A program made the position numbers and the translations under genes. 64,000 nucleotides of DNA from an uncultured Acidobacteriota bacterium (GTDB taxonomy: Bacteria; Acidobacteriota; Thermoanaerobaculia; Multivoradales; UBA5704). The notes under the pieces are model-generated. The model saw only the letters and a program-made list of their open reading frames with translations, was not told the origin of the DNA and made no database searches. Where the stretch lies: contig OY969474.1 in the NCBI GenBank assembly GCA_963700145.1, positions 4,192,001-4,256,000 on the forward strand. Direction: 5' to 3'. Positions 38,323 to 47,662 of the stretch are shown in pieces (the stretch's first letter is position 1; every line of letters starts with the position of its first letter).

Positions 38323-39386
38323 AGGTCCTTCAAGAAGTCCTTCACCTCGGCCGCCTTGTCGTGGCTCGGGGCGATCTCGAGGAGCTTCAGGAAGTCGGCC
38401 TTGGCCTCGGCGGTCTTGCCCTGCGCGAGCAGGGTCAGGCCGCGGAAGTAGTAGGCGTCGGGCAGCTCCGGGTTCTCCTTGACGACGCGGTCGAACTGCG
38501 CCTGGGCGCCCGGCATGTCGCCCTCGTTGTACTTCTTGATCCCGATGTTGAGCAGCGTGTCGGGGGCCACGGTCGTGCCCTGCGGCAGCTGCGCCAGGTA
38601 CTTCTGCGCGTCCGCCTCGCGCCCTTCGGCGACCAGGATGTCCACCAGGAGGCGAAGCGTCTTCTCGTCCCCCGGCTTGAAGACGAGGGACTCCTCGAGG
38701 GTCTTGACGGCCTCCGCCTTCTTCCCCTCGGCGGCGTAGGTCTGGGCGATGCCGAACATCACCGGCGCCTTCTTCTCGGCCTCCTCGATCTCGGCCAGCG
38801 CCTTCTGGTACTCGGCGCGGGCCTGGGCGTACTTCTCGGGAGCGCGCTGAACCTGTTCAATGTACGAGCGGCACTCGGTCTCGAAAACCTGCCCTTCCTT
38901 CAGTTCGGACCGGCACTTCGAGACGAGCTGCTGGTATCCAACCGCCTCGCTCAGGAACTGGTTGCCCTGCGTGATGGCGGTGGCGGTGGCGCTGGCCTTC
39001 ACCGCGTCCGCCGAGGGCGCCTGCGCCACGGCGGGGCGGAGCTCGATGCGCAGCGTCTCGGCCTGGCCGAAGCCGCCCTCGATCACCTTGGTGGCGCCGG
39101 CCGCGGTGTTGTAGCCCGAGGCCTCGATGGTGATCTCCCAGTTGCCGGTGGCGAGACCGGCCACGGCCCAGCGGCCCTTGTCGTCGGTCTTGGTGCCCTC
39201 GGGGCCGTCGTTCTTGCCCTCGCGGCGGACGGTGACGTTGGCCCCCGCCACGGGCTTGCCTTCCTGGTCGGTGACGATCCCCTGGACCCGGCCGCGTCCC
39301 CTCCAGTCCTGCGCGGAGAGCGGCAGTACGACGGCCGTCGCGAGGACGGCGATCAGCAAGAGGATGGTGCGAAGTCTGCTCGGCAT
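38319..39386 (-). CDS. Secreted carboxypeptidase-regulatory-like domain + TPR protein
   Basis: GGAGG RBS; signal peptide; GRVQGIVTDQEGKPVAGANVT..TKTDDKGRW..GL..G.W; TPRs. Confidence 0.85.
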   Translation of the reverse strand: MPSRLRTILLLIAVLATAVVLPLSAQDWRGRGRVQGIVTDQEGKPVAGANVTVRREGKNDGPEGTKTDDKGRWAVAGLATGNWEITIEASGYNTAAGATKVIEGGFGQAETLRIELRPAVAQAPSADAVKASATATAITQGNQFLSEAVGYQQLVSKCRSELKEGQVFETECRSYIEQVQRAPEKYAQARAEYQKALAEIEEAEKKAPVMFGIAQTYAAEGKKAEAVKTLEESLVFKPGDEKTLRLLVDILVAEGREADAQKYLAQLPQGTTVAPDTLLNIGIKKYNEGDMPGAQAQFDRVVKENPELPDAYYFRGLTLLAQGKTAEAKADFLKLLEIAPSHDKAAEVKDFLKDL

Positions 39387-39509
39387 GTCAAAGGCCCTCC
39401 TTGGCGTGGGCTCGAAGTCTATCGCCGGGCGGCCACAACCCGCGATCATACTGCCCGCTCCGGCGGGCGACCCTGCGGGTAGCGGGGCCCGTTACAGGGC
39501 CACGCAACC

Positions 39510-39540
39510 AAAAAAAACCGCCGGGGTATTCCCCCGGCGG
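39510..39540 (-). terminator. Intrinsic terminator after the TonB-dependent receptor
   Basis: Minus strand reads CCGCCGGGG-GAATA-CCCCGGCGG followed by T8. Confidence 0.85.
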
Positions 39541-39585
39541 CCTGAAGCGGCGGGGCCGAGGCCCCGCCGATCGGGTGTCTCCGAT

Positions 39586-42500
39586 TTACCGGAAGCTGAT
39601 CCGCGCGCCGATACGGAAGATGCGCGGGTTGATGATCTCGGTGACGTGATCGCCAGCGTTGGAGTTGGCGACGCGGCCGCCCGTCTCGGTGACTCCGCGG
39701 AGAGAGATCTGGCGCTGCAGCACGGTGGACTCGTTCATGAGATTGAATCCGTCGAGGCCGAGCGTCAGGCCGAACTCGCCGAAGTTGAACTCCTTCTCGA
39801 TGCGGCCGTTGACGATGATGATGTCGTCGTTGCGGAAGCTGTCGGTCTCGGGGGAGACGCGGATGGTCCGCGGGCCCACACCGTCACCGAAGGTACCGCC
39901 CGCCACGTTGACGACGTACGGGATGGCGTAGCCCTCACGACCGTTGATGTTGGCGGCGACGTTGAAGCCCCAGGGCGCCTGCGGCGCGATCTGGTAGAGG
40001 CCGCTGACATCGAACGACCAGCCCGGGCTGATCCAGATGCCGCCCTTCGAGCCCGAGCCGGTGCCCGAGCCAGACAGCACCGTCGACCCGTCCTCGAAGC
40101 TGCCGTTCGGGTTGATGTGCGGGCTGATGATGGCGCTGCTCGGAACGTCCCACTCCCACTCGGACTGCGTCACGTGGCCGCGCAGCAACCAGTTGTTCGA
40201 GAGCCTCTTGTTGAAGGTGAAGCTGAGGCCCAGGTAGTTCTGCTCGCGGTCGCCGTTGAACAGGTGACTGCCGGCGAACGTGGTGAGACCCGGCCGGAGG
40301 CGGTACAGCGGCACCCGGAAAGGCGTCCCGTCCGGCAGCGTGCCGGTGACGTGGTCGAACAGCACGAAGTCGTCGCGGTTGGACGGGCGGCCGAGGGAGC
40401 CGGTGGGCGCTCCGTCGAACACCAGCGGACGCGACGGCTGAGCCTCGGCGCCCTGAAGGATGTCCGAGTAGATCCGGTAGGTCGCGTTGAGGCCGATCAC
40501 GAACTCAGGCATGAGCGCGTGCTCGACACCCAGCACCAGCTCGTCCGTCATCGGCGGATCGAGACTGGAGTCGACCGAGCTGACCGCCTCGAAGATCTCG
40601 GGGTGGGCCGGGTCGAAGCCGGCGTAGCCGTAGAAGTCGCCGACCTCGTTCAGGGTGAGGAGGTCGTCGCCATTGTCGTTCCAGTAGAAGTAGGCGTACC
40701 GGTAGGTCCCGGCGCTGAGCTGCTCGACGATGGCGCTGTGGAGCTGGTCGGCGAAGCGGGCGTAGCTGGCCCGCAGCAGCGTCTGGCGCTCCTCGCCCAG
40801 CGCATAGGTCAGACCGATGCGCGGGGTGATCGACGACCAGTCGTACGGCATGTCGACCGCCGGGACGACACCGCCCGGGATCAGGTTCGGGAAGGTCCGG
40901 TGGTCCGGCACGACCGTGGAGTTGATCTTGCCCTCCTGGAGGTCGTAGCGGAGGCCGAAGTTGGCCGTCAGGTTCCCCAGGGTCATCGTGTCCTGGAGGT
41001 ACAGGTTGGTGTAGTCCATCTCGTTCTCGACGTTGCGGTCGGTGCGGGCGAACCCGGTGCCGCCGAACGGCTTGGTGCCGACGAGGCGGTCCCTGCCGCC
41101 CCACGCCGAGAAGGAGGTGACGACGGCGTTGCGCAGCCCGACCCCGAACTTCAGGTTGTGGTTCGAGCTGCCGGCGTTGAAGAAGTAGTCGCCGTCGATC
41201 TTGGCCTGCTCCTGCGGGCGCTCGGTGAGGTAGTCGAGGAAGCTGTGCTTCCAGACCGCGCTGTTGTCCCACACCGTGTTGTCGCCCTCGGTGCCGCCGA
41301 TCGGCGTCAGGCCGAAGCCGCCGTCGACGAACGAGGCCATGCCGGAGAGGTAGAAGCTCGAGTTGAAGATGTGGGTGTCCTCGAGCTTGTAGATCGGCGT
41401 GCCGCCGGCCTGGTTCCAGGTGGTGGCGGGCTCGCGGGTCGGACCGGCGTTACGGCCGGACTTCACCTTGTCGCCGAAGTGGTAGAAGGCGATACCGGAG
41501 TTGTTGCTGGCGATCTGGGCGTTGAGCTTGACGGCGTACGCCGGCAGCTCGGTGAAGTCGTGGAACCCGGGCTGCGTCGCCCGCGACGGGTCGCGGACGC
41601 CGGCCAGGGTCAGCAGGTCGACTTCCTGCGTCCCCCACGAGCCCCACACCCACAGCCGGTCCTTGATGATCGGGCCGCCCAGCTCGGCGCCGAAGTCCTT
41701 GACGTCGATGATCTGGTTGCCCTGCTGGAACACCGGCTGGGTGCGGTTGTTGTTCCACGGCCCGGCCCGGCCCAGGTCGGCCGTGTCGAAGTCGAGGTCG
41801 GCCTGGTCGATGGTGTCGTCGGTCAGCAGGTAACGGCCCGAGCCGCGCCACTCGTTGGTGCCGCGCTTGGTCACCATGTTCATGGTGACGCCGCCGGTGG
41901 CGAGGGTCACGTCCGTGCCGCCCGTCGAGACCTGCATCTCCTCGAACGAGTCGAAGTTGTAGTAGGTCGGCGACGAGCCGACGGCGCCCATGTCGGTGAT
42001 GATGACGCCGTCAACCGACCACGCCGAGTTGTTGTTGTTGGTGCCGGGGCTGATGAACTGCGACTGCTGGCCGCTCTCGTTGCCGCCGACGTTGACGCGG
42101 TCGACGAGCACGCCAGGAGCCTGCTGCAGGATGACCCACGGGTCGCGCGCGGTCGGGATCTTCTCGAGCTCGACCTCGCTGACCGTGGTGCCGGTGGTGA
42201 TCTTGCGCTCGTCGAGGATCGGGCTCTCGGCCGTGACGGTGATCACGTCCTCGACCGCTGAGCTCATCGTCACCTCAATGTTGGTGTTGCGGCCAACGCT
42301 GACGGTGATGTTCGGGTACTCGACGGTCCCGAACCCCTCGAGGGCGGTCGAGAGCTGATAGCTGCCGGCCGACAGACCGAGGAAGCGGAACCCGCCCTGA
42401 GCGTCGGTCACGAAGACCTGCGGGGCGCCGCCGCCCGTGAGGGTGACGGTGACTCCCGGCAGGGCCGCGCCCTGCTCGTCCTCGACGGTCCCGAACACGT

Positions 42501-42594
42501 TGCCGGTCGTCTGCTGCGCGAACGCCGGAACGGCGGCCAGCAGCAGGAACGCGGTAACGGTCAGAGCGCGCCGCCAAAAGTTGGTGGTGCTCAT
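39586..42594 (-). CDS. TonB-dependent receptor (Oar-like, N-terminal carboxypeptidase-regulatory domain)
   Basis: GGAGG RBS; signal peptide; LPGVTVTL, ITVTAESP, IPTARDPW..L..APGV, VTKRGTNEWRG; C-terminal PRIFRIGARISF. Confidence 0.92.
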   Translation of the reverse strand: MSTTNFWRRALTVTAFLLLAAVPAFAQQTTGNVFGTVEDEQGAALPGVTVTLTGGGAPQVFVTDAQGGFRFLGLSAGSYQLSTALEGFGTVEYPNITVSVGRNTNIEVTMSSAVEDVITVTAESPILDERKITTGTTVSEVELEKIPTARDPWVILQQAPGVLVDRVNVGGNESGQQSQFISPGTNNNNSAWSVDGVIITDMGAVGSSPTYYNFDSFEEMQVSTGGTDVTLATGGVTMNMVTKRGTNEWRGSGRYLLTDDTIDQADLDFDTADLGRAGPWNNNRTQPVFQQGNQIIDVKDFGAELGGPIIKDRLWVWGSWGTQEVDLLTLAGVRDPSRATQPGFHDFTELPAYAVKLNAQIASNNSGIAFYHFGDKVKSGRNAGPTREPATTWNQAGGTPIYKLEDTHIFNSSFYLSGMASFVDGGFGLTPIGGTEGDNTVWDNSAVWKHSFLDYLTERPQEQAKIDGDYFFNAGSSNHNLKFGVGLRNAVVTSFSAWGGRDRLVGTKPFGGTGFARTDRNVENEMDYTNLYLQDTMTLGNLTANFGLRYDLQEGKINSTVVPDHRTFPNLIPGGVVPAVDMPYDWSSITPRIGLTYALGEERQTLLRASYARFADQLHSAIVEQLSAGTYRYAYFYWNDNGDDLLTLNEVGDFYGYAGFDPAHPEIFEAVSSVDSSLDPPMTDELVLGVEHALMPEFVIGLNATYRIYSDILQGAEAQPSRPLVFDGAPTGSLGRPSNRDDFVLFDHVTGTLPDGTPFRVPLYRLRPGLTTFAGSHLFNGDREQNYLGLSFTFNKRLSNNWLLRGHVTQSEWEWDVPSSAIISPHINPNGSFEDGSTVLSGSGTGSGSKGGIWISPGWSFDVSGLYQIAPQAPWGFNVAANINGREGYAIPYVVNVAGGTFGDGVGPRTIRVSPETDSFRNDDIIIVNGRIEKEFNFGEFGLTLGLDGFNLMNESTVLQRQISLRGVTETGGRVANSNAGDHVTEIINPRIFRIGARISFR

Positions 42595-42754
42595 CCAGAA
42601 ACCTCCGTAGTCATTGATAGATGGGTGCAAAGCAGCCCCCGCGCGGGGGCCGAGGACGAGTGAGTGGACTGTGTCGTGCTTGCCGCGCAACACCCCCTTT
42701 CCGAATCTGCTCGTGGAACGGCGGGAATTCTACTCATCACTAGCAGGCCGGTCA

Positions 42755-42770
42755 AGCAAGTGGGGTGCCA
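42755..42770 (-). promoter_or_regulatory. sigma54 (-24/-12) promoter TGGCAC-CCCAC-TTGCT
   Basis: Exact match to TGGCAC-N5-TTGCW, about 160 nt upstream of the receptor start and in the correct orientation. Confidence 0.8.
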
Positions 42771-42951
42771 CTCCGAACGCCTGTTTCCGGTAAGGGGCAA
42801 ACACCGCGGAATGAGCGAGTTGCGAGGACCGGTGAAGCACCCGAAAAGGCCCGCTCCAGGGGCTTGGACGCGGCCGATCCAAGTCCTTGGACGGCTACCG
42901 CGGCGGCCGCGTTTCGTCGTACATTCGGCGCCTTCTCCGAGGCCCTCGCCG

Positions 42952-44079
42952 ATGACGCTCCGCACCGCCGCCCGCCCCCTCCTCGCGCCGCTCCTCGTCC
43001 TCGCCGCCTACGCCTGCTCGCAGTACAAGCCGTTCGACTCCGCCGCCCACCTGCGCGGCAAGTACGGCGAGCAGCTCGGCCGCGAGGAAGCGGCCCGGGT
43101 CATCGTCCCCTTCGAGCTCGACGCCGACCGGCTGGCGGCGATCGACGAGCGCGTCCGTCCGGCGCTCGACGAGCGGCGGCGGGTCGATCAGGTGATCGAC
43201 TACATCTTCAACCGGCTCGACCTCGAGTACTCGCTGCAGCCGACGCGCACCGCGATCGAGACCTTCGTCACCCGCGAGGGCAACTGCCTCTCGTTCGTCA
43301 ACCTCTTCGTCGGCGTGGCGCGCCACCTGCGCTTGAACCCCTTCTACGTCGAGGTCATCGACTACCAGCGCTGGAACCACCGCGAAGGGCTGCTCGTCTC
43401 CCAGGGCCACATCGTCGCCGGGATGATGGTCAAGGGCCAGATGAAGACCTTCGACTTCCTCCCCTACCGCGCCAAGGCCTACAAGGACTTCAAGCCGATC
43501 GACGACCTGACCGCGGCGGCGCACTACTACAACAACCTCGGCGCCGAGGCGCTGCTCGACGGCGACCTCGAGCGCGCCAAGGGCCTGCTCACGACCGCCA
43601 CCCGCATCGCCCCGCGCTTCGAGCGCGGCTTCAACAACCTCGGCGTCTGCCTGGCGCGGCTGCGCGACTACGACGGGGCGCTGGAGGCCTACCGCAAGGG
43701 GCTGGCGATCGACCCCGAGTACGTGCCCCTCCTCACCAACCTCGCCGGCGCCTACCAGCGGCTGGCGCGCAGCGAGGAGGCGAGCGCGATCCTGGCCAAG
43801 ATCGACACCGCCCAGAACACCAACCCCTACTTCTTCGTCTACCGCGGCGAGCTCGCCCTGGCCGCCGGCGACACCGCCAAGGCCAAGCAGTACCTGGTCG
43901 AGGCGCTACGCCGCGACACCGAGGTCCCCGAGGTGCACATCGGCCTGGTCAAGCTCTACATGGAGCTCGGCGACCTCGAGCGGGCGCGCCACCATCTCGG
44001 CCGCGCCTTGAACCTCGACGCCACCAACCCCGAGGCCCGCAAGTACGCCCGGCTGCTCGAGCAGGCGGAGGCCCGGTAG
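42952..44079 (+). CDS. Lipoprotein: transglutaminase-like (SirB1-like) domain + TPRs
   Basis: Lipobox AYAC; REGNCLSF, QGHI, TFDF (candidate Cys-His-Asp triad); YYNNLGAE TPRs. Confidence 0.8.
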   Translation: MTLRTAARPLLAPLLVLAAYACSQYKPFDSAAHLRGKYGEQLGREEAARVIVPFELDADRLAAIDERVRPALDERRRVDQVIDYIFNRLDLEYSLQPTRTAIETFVTREGNCLSFVNLFVGVARHLRLNPFYVEVIDYQRWNHREGLLVSQGHIVAGMMVKGQMKTFDFLPYRAKAYKDFKPIDDLTAAAHYYNNLGAEALLDGDLERAKGLLTTATRIAPRFERGFNNLGVCLARLRDYDGALEAYRKGLAIDPEYVPLLTNLAGAYQRLARSEEASAILAKIDTAQNTNPYFFVYRGELALAAGDTAKAKQYLVEALRRDTEVPEVHIGLVKLYMELGDLERARHHLGRALNLDATNPEARKYARLLEQAEAR

Positions 44080-44085
44080 GGAGCG

Positions 44086-45417
44086 GTGCTCCTCGCCGCC
44101 GCCGCCCTCGCCGCCCTCCCGCTCCTCGAGCAGCTCCTTTCCCCGGCCTCCGCCGAGCGGCGCGCCGCCGCCGAGGGGCTGATCGCCGCCGGCGACCGCG
44201 CCGTCCTGCCGGCCGTCGTCGACGCCCTCTTCTTCCTGCCGCGCGCCGAGCGGGCCGAGGCCTACCGCGTCCTCGAGACCCTCGCCGGCGAGCGGCGCGA
44301 GCGCAGCTACTACGCCTGGGTCGAGCACGTCGCCGAGCACCCCGAGCTGCCGCCGCTGCCCGGCTACGCCGGGTTCAAGGCCGGGCTCCTGGCCCGCATC
44401 GACAAGCGCTACCGGCAGGTCCTCTTCGACGGCGTCCCGGCCCGCATCCGGCTCGCGGAGGTGGTCTGGGGCGGGGTGCCGCCCGAGGGGATCCCGGCGC
44501 TCGACCGGCCGCCGCACGCGCCGGCGGCCGCGGCCCGCCTGCGCGACGCCGATGCGGTGCTCGGGGTGGCGGCCGGCGGCGCCTACCGCGCCTATCCGCT
44601 CGCCGTCCTCTCCTGGCACGAGATGGTCAACGACGAGGTCGGCGGCGAGCCGGTCACGCTCTCCTTCTGCACCCTCTGCGGCTCGGCGGTCCTCTACGCC
44701 GGGCGCACGGCCGCCGGGACCCTCACCTTCGGCACCTCCGGCCTCCTCTACCGCAGCAACAAGCTGATGGTCGACCGCCAGACGCTGTCGCTGTGGAGCA
44801 ACCTGACCGGCGAGGCGGTCGTCGGGCGGCTGGCGGGGGAGGGGCTGCGCCTGGCCGTCCTACCGGTCGTCCGCACCACCTGGGGAGAGTGGCGGGCCCG
44901 CCACCCGGAGACCACGGCGATGGTCCCCGACCGCGAGCTCGAGCGCCGCTTCGGCTTCGACTACCGCGCCGGCGCCGCCGACCGCGCCCGCGCCGGCGTC
45001 CGCTTCCCGGTCTGGCCGCGCAGCGACGCCCTGCCGGAGAAGGAGGAGATCTACGCCGTGCGGCTCCCGGGCAGGGCGGCCAAGGCCTACCCCTTGACGG
45101 CGCTGCTGGCGGCCGGCGTCGTCAACGACGCCGTCGACGGCGAGCCGGTGGTGCTGGTGGCGGAAGCCCCGAGCGGCGCCGTGCGCGCCTTCCGTAGAGG
45201 CGGCCACCGCTTCGCGGCCGGCCCCGAGGCCGGGACCCTGAGCGACGAGGCGGGCCGCCGATGGCAGGTCACGGAGGAAACCCTCGTCCCAGCAGCGGGG
45301 GGCGACCCCGCCGAGCTTCCTCTCCAGCGCCTCCCCGGCCACCTCTCGTTCTGGCTTGGCTGGTACGCCTTCTTCCCCGAGGGCGAGGTCTGGCAACGGT
45401 CGCCGGCCAAGCCGTGA
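44086..45417 (+). CDS. DUF3179-family protein with N-terminal helical extension
   Basis: WGGV..EGIPALD.P, RAYPL..L.WHEMVND, SFCTLCGS, FGTSGLLYRSNKLMVDRQT.SLW, FW.GWYAFFP. Confidence 0.85.
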   Translation: MLLAAAALAALPLLEQLLSPASAERRAAAEGLIAAGDRAVLPAVVDALFFLPRAERAEAYRVLETLAGERRERSYYAWVEHVAEHPELPPLPGYAGFKAGLLARIDKRYRQVLFDGVPARIRLAEVVWGGVPPEGIPALDRPPHAPAAAARLRDADAVLGVAAGGAYRAYPLAVLSWHEMVNDEVGGEPVTLSFCTLCGSAVLYAGRTAAGTLTFGTSGLLYRSNKLMVDRQTLSLWSNLTGEAVVGRLAGEGLRLAVLPVVRTTWGEWRARHPETTAMVPDRELERRFGFDYRAGAADRARAGVRFPVWPRSDALPEKEEIYAVRLPGRAAKAYPLTALLAAGVVNDAVDGEPVVLVAEAPSGAVRAFRRGGHRFAAGPEAGTLSDEAGRRWQVTEETLVPAAGGDPAELPLQRLPGHLSFWLGWYAFFPEGEVWQRSPAKP

Positions 45418-45423
45418 AGGTCG

Positions 45424-45654
45424 CCGAGATTCATCTTCCGGGGCCCGAGATTTATCCCGGAGACCCGGAGATTTATCCCGGGGACCCCGAGATCTATCTC
45501 GGAGATCCCGAGATCTATCCCGGAGCCCTGGAGATCTATCCCAGAGCTCCCGAGATCTATCTCGGAGCTCCCGAAATGAATCTTCCATAGCCCGAGATCT
45601 ATCTCCGGACCTCCGAGATCTATCCCAGGGTCCTCGGGATCTATCTCCGGAGCC
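45424..45654. repeat. Tandem array of 11 x 21-bp quasi-palindromic units (consensus CCGAGATCTATCYCGGAGCYC)
   Basis: GAGAT-like cores at 45426, 45447, 45468, 45489, 45510, 45531, 45552, 45573, 45594, 45615 and 45636: an exact 21-bp period. Confidence 0.92.
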
Positions 45655-45683
45655 CCGGAAACCCTCCGCCGAAGGAGACGATC

Positions 45684-45782
45684 ATGCCCAGGAACCCCAA
45701 CTTGCTCGCCGATAAGCTCAAGGCTTGGAACACTTTAGTCGAGGGGGCGGCAAGCCCTACTACCTTAAGGGCAGCACCCTGA
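45684..45782 (+). pseudogene. 32-aa ORF with strong RBS, probably the truncated N-terminus of a longer gene
   Basis: GAAGGAG then ATG; MPRNPNLLADKLKAWNTLVEGAASPTTLRAAP*; runs into low-GC DNA. Confidence 0.4.
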
Positions 45783-45875
45783 TCGGCGTCCTCTGGCAGC
45801 AAAACGCCGCTCCTCACTTCATCGTCGGCGAGAACCGCATCGCCCAGGGCGGTGGTCTTGGGTGCGGTGCTCTTC

Positions 45876-46687
45876 CTATTCGGCCCAATTATTGTTAGCG
45901 CAGACACGCCAGTTGTCGCGTTTAGGGTTGTGGGATGCGCAGAACCTTGTGGTCCTGCTCTTGCCGAATCCGTCTTCGTAGAACACCGTACCAATGCAAT
46001 ACAGGAAGCGCTTCTCGCCGGTAATTGCCGTGATCTCCTCCTCTGTGAGAGCGCGAATATACGAATTCATCTCTATGTAACCTCCCGGCAGCATGACGCT
46101 CCTAGACTTAAACGGCAGAGAGCGATTTACGGGGAGGTCGTCGGGTGGCAGCTCGAATCTGAGTTGACAGGCCAACTCATGGCGCACGTCAAGAGCCGGT
46201 ACAGAGCCCGAGTTTTTGATTTTGCTTCGACAGGCCGTTCGGGGTCGTCAGGCTTGAGAGGGTAATCGACAAATCCGTCCAGCCCAACGCGCGCCCGCTG
46301 TGTGAATTCAAGCGCCCGCTTCGACTCGGCTAGGCTCTCGCGCGTCAGTCTTTGCTCGGTCGCGGCGTCCGACTTGCTCTGAGCAAGGCTGCGGTCGAAT
46401 TGCCGCTCATTTTCGGCGGCTTCGCTAGCGGCATCGGCGCGCGACAAGTTGAATTGGCGCCTACTTTCGTCGAGAACGTTACTGGTAAGCGTGTTCGTCC
46501 TCTTCATTTCGCGCAGGATTGCGGCATTAGCCTCGACGGTATTCACGTTGCTCTCCCGCGTCAGTTCGTTACTCTTGCTCGTGTAGTAAGTCTGAACAGC
46601 CAGAAGCAACAGACATCGCTACGTAAGGCAATAATATATAGTTGGCTCACCAAGCTATTGCGGTGCGGGCGGTTGGGGCTCCGTCAT
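45876..46687 (-). pseudogene. Disrupted low-GC gene: N-terminal TM + coiled coil + globular domain
   Basis: ORFs 46127..46609 and 45876..46187 join (EAKIKNSGSVPA) if one base is added at the T4 run 46220-46223; in-frame stops at the 5' end; G.V.YEDGFGK..TRFC motif. Confidence 0.6.
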
Positions 46688-47100
46688 GCCAAGAGCTGGC
46701 GCTCTTCGAGCAGGCGGTAGTAGTCGCTCATGGAGAGAATCCGTAGCCCCTCGTAACCGGAGAGCGCCAGGAGGTCGGTGTCGTTGGTGACCAGGTAATC
46801 TGCGCCTGCCGCCAGAGCCGCTTGAAGAATGGGGCTGTCGTTCGGATCGGCCGGCACCTGGTGGCGGGAGGGCGCGGGCTCTACGAGAGTCGCACGGCGC
46901 CTGGCACGGCTGCGTGTGAGGAGGGCGAAGCGGTGTGAAAAACCGAGGCGCTCCACCATGACGCGCTCGATCTCGGCGAGTACATGGGGGCTGGTGAAGA
47001 TGCGCCAGGAGGCCCGTTGAGTCGCTTCGAGCATGCGTTCGGCGGCGTCACCGAGAAGAGCCTCCGCCACGTAGACGTTGGTGTCGAAGAAGACCTTCAT
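46684..47100 (-). CDS. vapC: PIN-domain (VapC-like) toxin
   Basis: MKVFFDTNVYV, LAEIERV, DPNDSPILQAALAAGADYLVTNDTDLL. Confidence 0.9.
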   Translation of the reverse strand: MKVFFDTNVYVAEALLGDAAERMLEATQRASWRIFTSPHVLAEIERVMVERLGFSHRFALLTRSRARRRATLVEPAPSRHQVPADPNDSPILQAALAAGADYLVTNDTDLLALSGYEGLRILSMSDYYRLLEERQLLA

Positions 47101-47303
47101 TCACCATGGCGTACGGTGTGGACGGCACGATCGATGGCGCCTTGGTCGATTCCCCGGCTCTGAGCCACCCTCCGCGCACTGGCGGCTTCCTCGCGCCACT
47201 CCTGGTCCTCTCGCTGGGCGAGCAGCTCGTCGAACAGGAGGCGATCTTCCTCGGGAAGTTGGCTGATCCGATCGAGGATCTCGTCGACGGTTGCGCGACT
47301 CAT
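47097..47303 (-). CDS. Putative antitoxin of the PIN toxin
   Basis: GGAGG RBS; 68 aa; ATGA overlap with the toxin start. Confidence 0.75.
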   Translation of the reverse strand: MSRATVDEILDRISQLPEEDRLLFDELLAQREDQEWREEAASARRVAQSRGIDQGAIDRAVHTVRHGE

Positions 47304-47372
47304 GAGTCCTCCAGGCAAAATTCTACCAGCAGAAGGTGGAGGAGAGGACGTGCGTGTCGGGAACCAGCGCGA

Positions 47373-47569
47373 TCAGTTGTCCTCGTAGAGGTTTTCGCGG
47401 CGGAGCGCATCGAGCGGTGGGCTCGGTGCCGCGGTAGCCGGCGGAGCGTGCCGTCGAGCCAGTTGTTCAAATCGGCCGCCGAAGTCGCGCCGCGTGGTCC
47501 CCTCTGCGGCGGCTCGGCAATCACGATGACCTCGGCCTCGCCCGCTGGAAAGTCAGAAGGCAACGTCAT
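47373..47569 (-). pseudogene. Frameshifted remnant of a second antitoxin-like gene
   Basis: TLPSDFPAGEAEVIVIAE at the N-terminus and, in a shifted frame, PLDALRRENLYEDN* at the C-terminus; span is not a multiple of 3. Confidence 0.45.
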
Positions 47570-47662
47570 AGCCCCCGCGCCCGCGGGCCATGCGCCGGCC
47601 AAGCCGGCCCACATGCTAACCTAGCCGCAGAAATCGCGCAGTCAAAGGCGGGCGAGGAGCGG

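Noticed and set aside
44086-45417. Selenoprotein form of DUF3179
   Set aside because: The motif is CTLC with no in-frame TGA
45424-45654. CRISPR array
   Set aside because: The units are contiguous and degenerate with no unique spacers, and there are no cas genes in the window
45852-46265. Plus-strand 137-aa ORF in the low-GC islet
   Set aside because: It is antisense to the frameshifted minus-strand gene, which has more coherent motifs
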